Made by a program: the position numbers and the translations under genes. Below are positions 32,564 through 41,440 of a DNA stretch of 64,000 nucleotides, piece by piece. The stretch comes from Gammaproteobacteria bacterium (GTDB lineage: Bacteria > Pseudomonadota > Gammaproteobacteria > Steroidobacterales > Woeseiaceae). A model generated the notes under the pieces. It did no database searches, was not told the DNA's origin, and worked only from the letters and a program-made list of their open reading frames with translations. The stretch covers positions 79,605 through 143,604 of the forward strand of contig JAOTWB010000001.1 of NCBI GenBank assembly GCA_029863125.1, written 5' to 3'. Position 1 is the stretch's first letter. The number at the start of each line of letters is the position of its first letter.

Positions 32564-35533
32564 ATGCAAGAATCAATACCTCAACGCGTGCTGGCAATAC
32601 TGCTGCTCGGCTCGACGCAGCTGGCCAGCGCGGCCGAACTGGGCGAACTCGAAACCCAGGATTTCAGGCTGCTCTACTTCGACACGACACAGACTTATCT
32701 AACACCTCACGTCACAATAGGCTTTCACAATTCACTCGAGCGCCAGCGCTCAATCTTCGGATACGACCCTGACGAACGAACTACGGTTCTGTTGAAAGAT
32801 TTCTCTGACTACGCGAATGCGGCTGCCGGCGCTATACCTAGAAATACTGTGCAAGTGGACGTATCGCCGATGAGTTTCGCATTCGAAACGATGCCGGTGG
32901 GTGAGCGAATGACCACCATCATGAATCACGAGCTGGTGCATGTGGCGATGATGGATCAGCCTAATAGTAGCGATCGTCGCTACCGGCGCTTCTTTGGCGG
33001 CAAAGTTTCACCCGTTTCGGAACACCCGGAGACTATGTTCTATTCCTATTTGACTAACCCGCGCGTCTGGACGCCGGGCTGGTTCCTGGAGGGCAGTGCA
33101 ACTTTTCTGGAGACCTGGCTGTCGGGTGGGCTCGGCCGCGCCCTCGGCGCATACGACGAAATGGTATTTCGCGCGATGGTTCGCGACGGCGCACATTTCT
33201 ATGACCCTCTAGGACTCGTTGCAGAAGGAACAAAGGTCGACTTTCAAGTAGGCATCAATAGCTATCTTTACGGTACGCGTTTTATGAGTTATCTCGCCTA
33301 CACGTATACGCCGGAAATGCTTATTCAATGGATAGGACGTCACGATGGCAGCGAGCGCAATTACCGGTCACAGTTCCAGAAAGTTTTTGGAATTCGGCTC
33401 GTGGACGCTTGGCAGAACTGGATCGATTGGGAGCATGAATTTCAGACAAATAATCTGGAATCCGTGCGGCAATACGAAATTACGCACCACGAAGACATTA
33501 CTGATCAATCTCTTGGTTCTATATCGCGGGCGTATTTTGATCCAGAATCGAGGACGCTTTACGCGGCATTTAGATACCCGGGCGTCGTGGCGCATATCGG
33601 TGCATTGTCAGTTGACGACGGTTCGATCGAAAAGATCGTGGACATCAAGGGCCCGATGATCTTCCGGGTTTCGTCGCTGGCATACGATGCCGACTCGAAC
33701 ACGATTTACTACACGACCGACAACTACGCGCATCGTGATCTCGTATCGCTAGACATCAGGACGGGCAAGACCCGTATCCTGCAGAAGGACGCTCGAATCG
33801 GCGAGCTCGTGTACAACAAAGCCGACAATTCGATTTGGGGCGTGCGGCATTTGAATGGGCTGGCGACTCTCGTCCGAATCCCGTATCCCTACGACGAGTG
33901 GAATCAGATTCATACTTTCGACTATGGGCAGGTACTTTATGATTTAGACATTTCTCCAGATGGCAAACTAGTCTCGACCTCGATGGGCCAAGTTGACGGC
34001 GGACAGTCTGTTCGCGTAATGAATACCGAAGCTCTTTTGACGGGAGATACTACGCCAGTGGCCGAATTTGACGTTGGTCGAGCCGTACCGGAGGGCTTTG
34101 TCTTCTCCACCGATGGTCGATTTCTCTACGGCAGCTCTTACTACACGGGTGTATCCAACATCTGGCGATACGAACTCGATAGCGAGCGTCTTGAGATCGT
34201 AAGCAATACCGAGACGGGTTTTTTCCGACCGATACCGTTGGCAGACGGGTCGCTCATCGTTCTCCGCTATACGGGCACAGGTTTCATACCCACAATTATC
34301 GATCCCAAACCTTTGGAAGACGTAAATCCAATTACGTTTCTTGGTCAGCAAGTCGTCGTCAAGCACCCGCAAATTGGCGAATGGCAGGTGCGCGCGCCCA
34401 ACGAAGTATCTCTGGATGAGCTGGTTGAATCGGAGGGACACTACACACCCATTGCCAATCTGGGATTGGAGTCTTTTTATCCGATTGTTGAAGGTTACAA
34501 GGACTCGTACGCGCTGGGTCTCAATGTGAGCTTTTCCGACCCGATCATGTTTGACACTCTGAACATTAAGGCTTCGTACAGCCTTGATAGCGATCTACCC
34601 AGCAACGAGCTTATGCATGCAAGCATTGACTATCGGCACGTTGTTGCCGACGCAACTGCGCTCTCGGGCGTCTGGTCTGTCGGATTTCGACACAACTATG
34701 CCGATTTTTACGACCTCGCGGGCCCGACGGAACGCAGTCGCAAAGGCAATCGATTTTCCGTTGGTTACGAAAAGTCATTGATCTACGACGAACCCAGACT
34801 GTTGGATCTTTCGGCAGAACTCAATCACTACACAAACCTGGATAGTCTGCCACGCTACCAAAATGTGCCCGCATCGCTTGATGAATTGTCGACCTTGAGC
34901 GTCGATCTTAACTATTCGAATCGGCGCAGATCCCTGGGGGCCGTTGATTACGAAAAAGGATTCAACTGGCGGCTGGCGACGACAGTAGATCATGTAGACG
35001 GCGATACGATTCCCAAGGTCGTCGCGGGCTTCGATTTTGGGCTTGCCTTGCCGTGGAAACATTCATCCATCTGGTTACGTAATTCAGCTGGTGCAGCATT
35101 CGGCGAGCCGGACGATGAATTCGCGAACTTCTTTTTCGGCGGATTCGGCAATAACTATGTTGATCGCGGCTCGATCAAGCGCTATCGGGAGTTTTATGCG
35201 ATGCCCGGCTTTGAACTTAACCAAGTACCGGGTCGGAATTTTCACCGCGCCATGCTCGAGTGGAACCTTCCACCGATACGATTCAAGCGTGTCGGCACCC
35301 CGGGCTTTTATTTGAGCTGGGCACGGCCCGCAGTGTTCGTTAGCGCATTGACGACGAACCTCGACGACGCCTCGATTCGACAGGAGGTACAAAGCGCCGG
35401 CGTGCAAATCGACTTCAGGTTTACAGTACTCTCTCGCATGAATATGACCTTGTCGTTCGGTTATGCCGAAGGGTTCGGTGGAGACACTGTCGCCGATGAC
35501 AACGAGTTCATGGTGTCACTCAAAATACTGTAG
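32564..35533 (+). CDS. secreted 989-aa protein: gluzincin-like HExxH domain + beta-propeller-like repeats + C-terminal Omp85-like beta-barrel (tentative)
   Basis: Signal peptide MQESIPQRVLAILLLGSTQLASA. Motifs IMNHELVHVAMMD and the downstream WFLEGSATFLE. PD40/TolB-like strands are DISPDGKLVSTS and FSTDGRFLYGSS. The C-terminal third has alternating beta-strand text with FFGGFGNNYVDRGSIKRY. The domain assignments come from motif recall only. Confidence 0.55.
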   Translation: MQESIPQRVLAILLLGSTQLASAAELGELETQDFRLLYFDTTQTYLTPHVTIGFHNSLERQRSIFGYDPDERTTVLLKDFSDYANAAAGAIPRNTVQVDVSPMSFAFETMPVGERMTTIMNHELVHVAMMDQPNSSDRRYRRFFGGKVSPVSEHPETMFYSYLTNPRVWTPGWFLEGSATFLETWLSGGLGRALGAYDEMVFRAMVRDGAHFYDPLGLVAEGTKVDFQVGINSYLYGTRFMSYLAYTYTPEMLIQWIGRHDGSERNYRSQFQKVFGIRLVDAWQNWIDWEHEFQTNNLESVRQYEITHHEDITDQSLGSISRAYFDPESRTLYAAFRYPGVVAHIGALSVDDGSIEKIVDIKGPMIFRVSSLAYDADSNTIYYTTDNYAHRDLVSLDIRTGKTRILQKDARIGELVYNKADNSIWGVRHLNGLATLVRIPYPYDEWNQIHTFDYGQVLYDLDISPDGKLVSTSMGQVDGGQSVRVMNTEALLTGDTTPVAEFDVGRAVPEGFVFSTDGRFLYGSSYYTGVSNIWRYELDSERLEIVSNTETGFFRPIPLADGSLIVLRYTGTGFIPTIIDPKPLEDVNPITFLGQQVVVKHPQIGEWQVRAPNEVSLDELVESEGHYTPIANLGLESFYPIVEGYKDSYALGLNVSFSDPIMFDTLNIKASYSLDSDLPSNELMHASIDYRHVVADATALSGVWSVGFRHNYADFYDLAGPTERSRKGNRFSVGYEKSLIYDEPRLLDLSAELNHYTNLDSLPRYQNVPASLDELSTLSVDLNYSNRRRSLGAVDYEKGFNWRLATTVDHVDGDTIPKVVAGFDFGLALPWKHSSIWLRNSAGAAFGEPDDEFANFFFGGFGNNYVDRGSIKRYREFYAMPGFELNQVPGRNFHRAMLEWNLPPIRFKRVGTPGFYLSWARPAVFVSALTTNLDDASIRQEVQSAGVQIDFRFTVLSRMNMTLSFGYAEGFGGDTVADDNEFMVSLKIL

Positions 35534-35571
35534 TCTGGCAGCGAGCCCATACCGGACGACCCAAAGCAAGG

Positions 35572-36585
35572 ATGATCGGAGACTTCTTTTTACACGCCCT
35601 GCTCGGTCTGCTCCCTGTCTGCTGCTTTCTGGCAGCACTCATGTATCTCGACAGCTACAAACTGATACCAATGCGCTGGATTCTCGGCACGATCGCGCTT
35701 GGCTGTGGCACCGCTATCGTCAGTTACCCCTTAAACATCATCGGACTCGAGTGGCTCGACATCGGGTTCGTCACGTTTTCTCGCTATGCCGCCCCGGTCG
35801 TTGAAGAGGCACTAAAAGCACTGGTAATAATCATGTTGGTGCGTCGCAATCGCATCGGCTTTCTCGTCGATGCCGCGATCTTCGGTTTCGCAGTGGGTAC
35901 CGGATTCGCGATATTCGAGAATTTGTTCTATCTACAGGCGCTTCCCGACACGAAACTGGGCACCTGGATCGTGCGGGGCTTCGGCACCGCATTCATGCAC
36001 GGTGGTACCACAGCTATTTTCGCTATCGTGTCGCACACGCTCGCAGGGCAGAAGCTGACCAGGGGCCGAGCCGTGTATATACCGGGGTTCGTTATCGCCG
36101 TCATTGTGCATTCGGTCTTCAATCACTTTTTCTTTGCACCGATCGTCAACACGCTGTTGATACTGGTCTCGCTGCCAATTTTGCTTGCGGTCGTATTTCA
36201 GCAAAGCGAAAAATCAGTATCGGAATGGCTTGGCATGGGATTCGATGCCGATGCCGAGCTGCTCGAACTCATCAACTCGGGCGAGCTGTCAACTTCCAAG
36301 GTCGGTAAGTACCTGCATTCGCTCAAGGAGAAGTTCGAGGGTCCTGTCGTTGTCGATCTCTTGTGCTACCTGCGTTTACATGCCGAACTTTCAATGCGGG
36401 CCAAAGGTCTTCTCATGATGCGCGAGTCCGGATTTGCCAATAAAACCGGCGAGGAAACCAAGGCGAAACTCGAGGAACTCAAGTTCCTCGAGTCCAGTAT
36501 TGGTCCTACCGGTTTATTGGCGATGAAGCCATTTCTCGAGATGAGCCAGAAAGACCTGTGGCAGCTCTACATGCTGTCAAACTGA
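35572..36585 (+). CDS. PrsW-family intramembrane metalloprotease with cytoplasmic C-terminal extension
   Basis: PrsW signatures are VVEEALKAL (EExxK), GTGFAIFENLFY, GTAFMHGGTTAIF and VHSVFNHFFF. The soluble tail of about 130 aa begins at SEKSVSEW. Confidence 0.75.
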   Translation: MIGDFFLHALLGLLPVCCFLAALMYLDSYKLIPMRWILGTIALGCGTAIVSYPLNIIGLEWLDIGFVTFSRYAAPVVEEALKALVIIMLVRRNRIGFLVDAAIFGFAVGTGFAIFENLFYLQALPDTKLGTWIVRGFGTAFMHGGTTAIFAIVSHTLAGQKLTRGRAVYIPGFVIAVIVHSVFNHFFFAPIVNTLLILVSLPILLAVVFQQSEKSVSEWLGMGFDADAELLELINSGELSTSKVGKYLHSLKEKFEGPVVVDLLCYLRLHAELSMRAKGLLMMRESGFANKTGEETKAKLEELKFLESSIGPTGLLAMKPFLEMSQKDLWQLYMLSN

Positions 36586-37757
36586 CGGACAGCGTCTGCG
36601 GCCGTCAGCGTCTTCAAAAACGTCTCCAGCTGACGCCGCTCCCTGGTTCCAAGTGCAAGCGGCTTGGCTTCATTGTGGCCGATCATGGCATCGGGAGCTT
36701 CGTTGTAATGCCGGAGAACTTCTGCAAGCGTCGCGACCTGGCCTTTCTGCATGTACGGCGACGTCATTTCAACGTTACGCAGGGATGGGGTACGGACGGC
36801 TCCGATGAGTTCCGGTCCCGTCCTGACGAACGTGAGCTCCGCGCATTGCCGCTTGGGGTCGTCGCTGTAGTCACCGAAACAGTTGAACGGATCCGCAAGC
36901 ACTTCGCGCACGCCAATCGCGCGACCTTTATCGGGAAGTTCACCGGGTGAACTCAGCACGCCCGTATTGTGAAATTCATTGTTCGTGAACAGCGGGCCGT
37001 TGTGACATTGAGTGCAATTTGCTTTGCCGATGAACAGGCGCAAACCCTGCACTTCATCGTCGCTGAACAGCGTTTCCTGCTCCTTTACGTCGCCAGTGTT
37101 CAGTGCCGCGACGTAATCATCGAAGCGCGACGCGGCGGGCAAAAGCGTGCGCTCGAAAGCCGCGATTGCCTTGCCGACATTGGCAAACGCGGTATTCAAT
37201 GCGACCGGATCGTCGCCGGATATGTTGCCGAACTCCCCGAACAATGCCTCGTAAGAGGCTCTATAGGCCTCGTCTCCGGCAACGACTGCGACGACCTCCA
37301 GGCGGCTGGAGCCATGTTCGTTCGGGTCTTCGAGGGGAGACAACGCCTGTGCCCACTGGCTGTCGCGCCGGCCGTCCCAATACAACCACGGACTGTATGC
37401 GCTACCGACAATGCTGGGCGTATTGCGCTTTGATGTGCCGATAGCCTGACCCTTGGGTAAGCCATCCGTGAAATGGCGCACGGGCTGGTGGCAGGTCGCA
37501 CAGGAGATACCGCCGTTAGCGCTCAAACGCGGATCAAAAAACAAGCGCTCGCCAAACGCTGCAGCGTCTGGATTGTCGGCCACTGCGTTGCTCGGGTCGG
37601 GTGGTAATTCGGGAAGGCTCGCGAGCGACAGCGAACGCAGCACGTTGATCTCGGCATCGGTCCAGGGCGGAGCCGCCAGCGGCCGAACGTGCCAGCCGAT
37701 GACGATAACCGCAGCCACCGCGACCGCGCCGCCAGCCTTGAGAAACGTCGACTTCAC
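36567..37757 (-). CDS. di-haem cytochrome c peroxidase (CCP/MauG family)
   Basis: Two CxxCH sites (CATCHQP and CTQCHNGP) and a signal/TM N-terminus. The GTG start overlaps the upstream stop (GTGA). The 3' end overlaps the convergent PrsW-like gene by 19 nt. Confidence 0.85.
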   Translation of the reverse strand: MKSTFLKAGGAVAVAAVIVIGWHVRPLAAPPWTDAEINVLRSLSLASLPELPPDPSNAVADNPDAAAFGERLFFDPRLSANGGISCATCHQPVRHFTDGLPKGQAIGTSKRNTPSIVGSAYSPWLYWDGRRDSQWAQALSPLEDPNEHGSSRLEVVAVVAGDEAYRASYEALFGEFGNISGDDPVALNTAFANVGKAIAAFERTLLPAASRFDDYVAALNTGDVKEQETLFSDDEVQGLRLFIGKANCTQCHNGPLFTNNEFHNTGVLSSPGELPDKGRAIGVREVLADPFNCFGDYSDDPKRQCAELTFVRTGPELIGAVRTPSLRNVEMTSPYMQKGQVATLAEVLRHYNEAPDAMIGHNEAKPLALGTRERRQLETFLKTLTAADAVRQFDSM

Positions 37758-38728
37758 AATTGCAGCGGTATGACGATAACCGACGCCCCCTCCGCGGTCC
37801 CGACCGTAAGCGTGATTTCCCAGTACCCCCGCATGTGGAAGCGCATGCCGTCCAGCCGGTAGTCACCGTTGCCGAGCTCCTCGGTTACCCTCGGCTGCGT
37901 CGGCAGACCGTGATCGTGCTCGGGCATGCCGCCGGAAACCTCGATTGTTGCGTTCTCGACCGGCATACCTTCGGCGGATTCCAGGTGCAGTATCCAGCTG
38001 TGAATTCGATTGATCTCGGGCGGCCCCGCCGGCGTCGAGTAGCTCACGCGCAGACCGCCTTCATCCGCAGCGACGGGCGCGATCAGTAACGCACAGAGCA
38101 GAATGCCGGCAGCAACGCCTGGCGACCTGCGCTTTATCCAGCCCTTTAGACGACCGCTCATCAACAGATACTGCAGCTGCAGTAACACGAGCACAGCGAT
38201 AAAAAACGGCCAGTAGCCAACACCGGTAAATCCCACTTCGAACGGAAAGACAGCTGCGTAGACCTTGCGTGTATCGAGCTGCGTGGCGGACACGATGCCA
38301 ATGAACTCGCCTTCCTCAGCAAACTCATGCATGACCGTAAACACGTCAGGCTCGATCATTGCTGGCTGATAAAACACGGTTACGCCATCGAGATCGCCTA
38401 ATTGCTCGACGTCCTCCATCCGCGCGAAGCGACCTTTGCCAGTAACGTCTCGAATGATCCTGAAATCGATTGGCATGCTCTTGAGCGCGTCGTGCTGATA
38501 CTCCATGATGAACACGCTTTCGGATGCAGCCGGCAGGTCTTCACAGAACTGCTCGTGGCCGCTGACACGCGGCTGGTATATCTTGAAATGTGCGCGCAGG
38601 TAATTGACCTTGATGACGCAAAGGTCGTCTTCCTGTACAACTCCGCCGTGTGCAACAGCCGCTTCCCATAAGAATGTCGACAAAACGAAGCCGAGGAAAA
38701 ATCGTACTGCAATCCTTTCCATAATCAT
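37754..38728 (-). CDS. two-module envelope protein: unknown periplasmic domain + TM + YtkA/FixH-like domain
   Basis: 324 aa. The C-terminal 135 aa (from the internal ATG at 38161) begin with a signal-peptide-like segment MSGRLKGWIKRRSPGVAAGILLCALLIAPVAA. This region also contains SGGMPEHDHGLP and YRLDGMRFHMRGYWEITL, which is typical YtkA-like text. Confidence 0.55.
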   Translation of the reverse strand: MIMERIAVRFFLGFVLSTFLWEAAVAHGGVVQEDDLCVIKVNYLRAHFKIYQPRVSGHEQFCEDLPAASESVFIMEYQHDALKSMPIDFRIIRDVTGKGRFARMEDVEQLGDLDGVTVFYQPAMIEPDVFTVMHEFAEEGEFIGIVSATQLDTRKVYAAVFPFEVGFTGVGYWPFFIAVLVLLQLQYLLMSGRLKGWIKRRSPGVAAGILLCALLIAPVAADEGGLRVSYSTPAGPPEINRIHSWILHLESAEGMPVENATIEVSGGMPEHDHGLPTQPRVTEELGNGDYRLDGMRFHMRGYWEITLTVGTAEGASVIVIPLQL

Positions 38729-38789
38729 TCGTGTATTCTAACCGCAGCCCGCGCGCTATCACAGTTGCTGCAACAAGGCCGCTGATCGT

Positions 38790-39479
38790 ATGAATTTGCT
38801 ACTGAGCATTGCCGCTTTACTGCTTGGCCCGATCATTTACGGCATCGGCCGACGGAATCCTATTGCCAGGCAGATCCTCGATGGCTTTATTTTTATCACG
38901 ATTGCCGGGATTATCTGCGTCAATATCATTCCGGAATCGCTGACTATCGGCGGCATTCTGGCCGTTTTCTTCCTGATTCTCGGTATCGTGTTCCCGGTCA
39001 TCATCGAGCGCGGCTTTCACGGCGCCTTTCACGAGGCACACAAGCTGGTATTGATTATCGCCGCGTTGGGTTTAATCGTTCATGCGCTTATCGATGGTAT
39101 CGCTCTGCTGCCCTCCCGCGGCGGCGATCTCGCTTACGCCGTGGTTCTGCACAGACTTCCGGTCGGCATGGCGATCTGGTGGTCACTGCGCCCCAACCTC
39201 GGCCTGCCGGTCGCAATTGCCGCGCTCGCGGTGATCAGTATCGCCACGGCGGTATCCTATACGCTCGGCGCACCAATGGTCGACCTTGCGGAAGCGCGGA
39301 GCATTGCCTACGTGCAGGCCTTCGTTTCGGGTTCGTTGATCCATGTCGTTGCATTTGGAGTGACGCACGATCACGGCGGACACATAGAGCCGGTCGCAAA
39401 GTCGCAGGACTGGGGCTACCGCTTGGGTATCCTGCTGGGGCTGTTTCTCGTATTTACGGCCCCGCAGCTGAACGGCTAG
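38790..39479 (+). CDS. polytopic membrane protein, ZIP-like divalent-metal transporter (tentative)
   Basis: 229 aa with about seven hydrophobic helices. Motifs VHALIDGIAL, LHRLPVGMA and HVVAFGVTHDHGGH resemble ZIP/ZupT metal-site helices. Confidence 0.45.
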   Translation: MNLLLSIAALLLGPIIYGIGRRNPIARQILDGFIFITIAGIICVNIIPESLTIGGILAVFFLILGIVFPVIIERGFHGAFHEAHKLVLIIAALGLIVHALIDGIALLPSRGGDLAYAVVLHRLPVGMAIWWSLRPNLGLPVAIAALAVISIATAVSYTLGAPMVDLAEARSIAYVQAFVSGSLIHVVAFGVTHDHGGHIEPVAKSQDWGYRLGILLGLFLVFTAPQLNG

Positions 39480-39526
39480 TCGGCTTTCGACGCCGTGGGG
39501 CGTGCGCCCCGTCGTTGCCGAGCAAC

Positions 39527-40885
39527 CTAGAAGCTCGAGAAACCACTTGCCTCCATGAATCGATACAAACCGCGTTTGACGAGCGACTCGTCGCGGTAAT
39601 GTTCGTACGGCACGGAGAAAATCTGGTTCGGGCCGTTGCGCCATAAGAGATCGAAGTGCGCCGTTGCATCCCTCATGACCGGGGTCGACAGCGATGAGCG
39701 AATCAATACATTGGTTTCCAGATTGAAGTTTTCGAGGTTGCGGCGAGTCAGGTTAGCGGAACCGACCAGCAATTGCGCTTCCTGGTTCTGGCCAACTGTG
39801 AGCAACATCTTGTCATGACACTGCTCGCCATGCGTGTGACTCCAACGCACCTCGATGCCCGAACTCGATAACTCCGCCGCAACGGAACGGTTGGGAATAC
39901 CGAACTTGTTGTAACCGAATGCGTCCTTGTTTGGATCGAGCAGCACGCGCAGGCGGACTCCGCGACGCCTGGCGTCCTTGAGCACCCGGATAACGTCACG
40001 GTCCGACAAGTAAAAACAGGCGAGGTCGACGCGCTCATTGCGCTGCCCGTCAGCGACCAGCGTTAATACACGGGACTTGATGGCCCTTTCTGTCAGCACC
40101 TGGACCGTGGCTTCGCTCGCCGGTACGTCGTGGTTTGCCGGCACGGTCAATGGCGATCGTTTGCACATTCTCAGGACTGCATTTTCGCTCGCCAGCAGGT
40201 CGTTGACGGCCGCACCGTCAAACGTGCAGGCGACATTGGTATGTGCGCTGCTCGCATCGTGCGGATTCGCTGACGTAACCATGCCGACGAGCGCGTCGCC
40301 CTCGTCCGTGATCAGTACTTTTCGATGATTGGCCTTGAAGTTCGGCATGGCCAGGTAACTCCTCAGCGTCACTTTGTGCTCCGGACTGAACGGGTTCGGC
40401 CAGCGCCCGCGGGTCGAATTCCCGAGCGGCCGAATCAAAGGACGCCAGAAGACAGAATACGTCGGATTACTGTCGCGCAAGCAGGTGAGGTCGGTGATTA
40501 CGACCTCGATATCGGCGGCCTCGAGCTCGGCGAAAGCCTTCGAAGCAACCGAACCGTAGACCGTATTGACCGGATCCGTAATGACGATGATCCTGATATC
40601 AGGGTGCGCCTGCTTCTTCTGCACCAGCAGTTCCGTCAGCTCGCGCGTCAATGGACGTACCGGACTGGGCACCCCCATCAGAAAGTCGTTATAGAGAAAC
40701 ATGTCCAGCAAAACCAGGCGTCGGGCGCGACGGATCATTTCGAAGGCGGCGTCGAATATCTGCTGGCTGCTGTGCCGCGAGCCTTCGGAATCCACCCAGG
40801 TCGAGTCGGCCAGGAAAGTGACGCTGGCAGCAGGGTGTTCATCGCCCGCGAACGACAGGCCCTCCGGTAGTCTCCTTCGCATCAT
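39527..40885 (-). CDS. phospholipase D-family protein (two HKD-type motifs)
   Basis: NHRKVLITDEGDALVGMVTSANP and CHDKMLLTV...LLVGSANLTRRN. Confidence 0.75.
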   Translation of the reverse strand: MMRRRLPEGLSFAGDEHPAASVTFLADSTWVDSEGSRHSSQQIFDAAFEMIRRARRLVLLDMFLYNDFLMGVPSPVRPLTRELTELLVQKKQAHPDIRIIVITDPVNTVYGSVASKAFAELEAADIEVVITDLTCLRDSNPTYSVFWRPLIRPLGNSTRGRWPNPFSPEHKVTLRSYLAMPNFKANHRKVLITDEGDALVGMVTSANPHDASSAHTNVACTFDGAAVNDLLASENAVLRMCKRSPLTVPANHDVPASEATVQVLTERAIKSRVLTLVADGQRNERVDLACFYLSDRDVIRVLKDARRRGVRLRVLLDPNKDAFGYNKFGIPNRSVAAELSSSGIEVRWSHTHGEQCHDKMLLTVGQNQEAQLLVGSANLTRRNLENFNLETNVLIRSSLSTPVMRDATAHFDLLWRNGPNQIFSVPYEHYRDESLVKRGLYRFMEASGFSSF

Positions 40886-40945
40886 CCTGGTGGCTCCAAC
40901 ATCGAGTCTGAACCCGCGACAAAAGTCAGCGTGGCCTGACGTTCC

Positions 40946-41440
40946 TCACGAAGGACTTTCTTTTCTGAGAAACCGGCTCCGGTGGATAATGAGCGGATCG
41001 GTTTCCCTGCCCTCGCAATGATGCACGCGGCCCACGATGATCTTATGGTCGCCGCCCGGGTAGACGTGCTCCGTACTGCACTCCAGGCACGCCGCAAAAT
41101 CGGGGAGGATCGGCACGCCGTGAATGCCCTGGCTACAATCAAGCGATTCGAACTTGTTGTTGCCACTTTGTGCGAATCGATCGGATAAATCCTGTTGATG
41201 CAGCGCCAGCACGTGCACAGCAAAATACTTGGCGTTGACGAATACGTCATAGCTCATTGAGTCGACCCCGACGCTCCACAGGATTAACGGCGGCTCGAGG
41301 GAAACGGAGTTAAAACTACTCACGGTGATGCCGACTTTGTCGCCCCTGGCATCGAGCGTCGTAACGACTGTCACTCCGGTCGCGAAGCAGCTCAGCGCAC
41401 GGCGAAAATCCTCGACGTCTATTTCTGTCCTGTCTGCCAA
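40946..41440 (-). CDS. flavin reductase-like FMN-binding protein
   Basis: FRRALSCFATGVTVVTT and ITVSSFNSVSLEPPLILW. TTG start. It overlaps the upstream gene by 22 nt. Confidence 0.75.
   Translation of the reverse strand: MADRTEIDVEDFRRALSCFATGVTVVTTLDARGDKVGITVSSFNSVSLEPPLILWSVGVDSMSYDVFVNAKYFAVHVLALHQQDLSDRFAQSGNNKFESLDCSQGIHGVPILPDFAACLECSTEHVYPGGDHKIIVGRVHHCEGRETDPLIIHRSRFLRKESPS

Noticed and set aside
39480-39526. GC-rich hairpin-like sequence GGGGCGTGCGCCCC between the ZIP-like and PLD genes, considered as a terminator.
   Set aside because: The loop would be only 2-4 nt and there is no flanking T-run or A-run, so it is not convincing as an intrinsic terminator.
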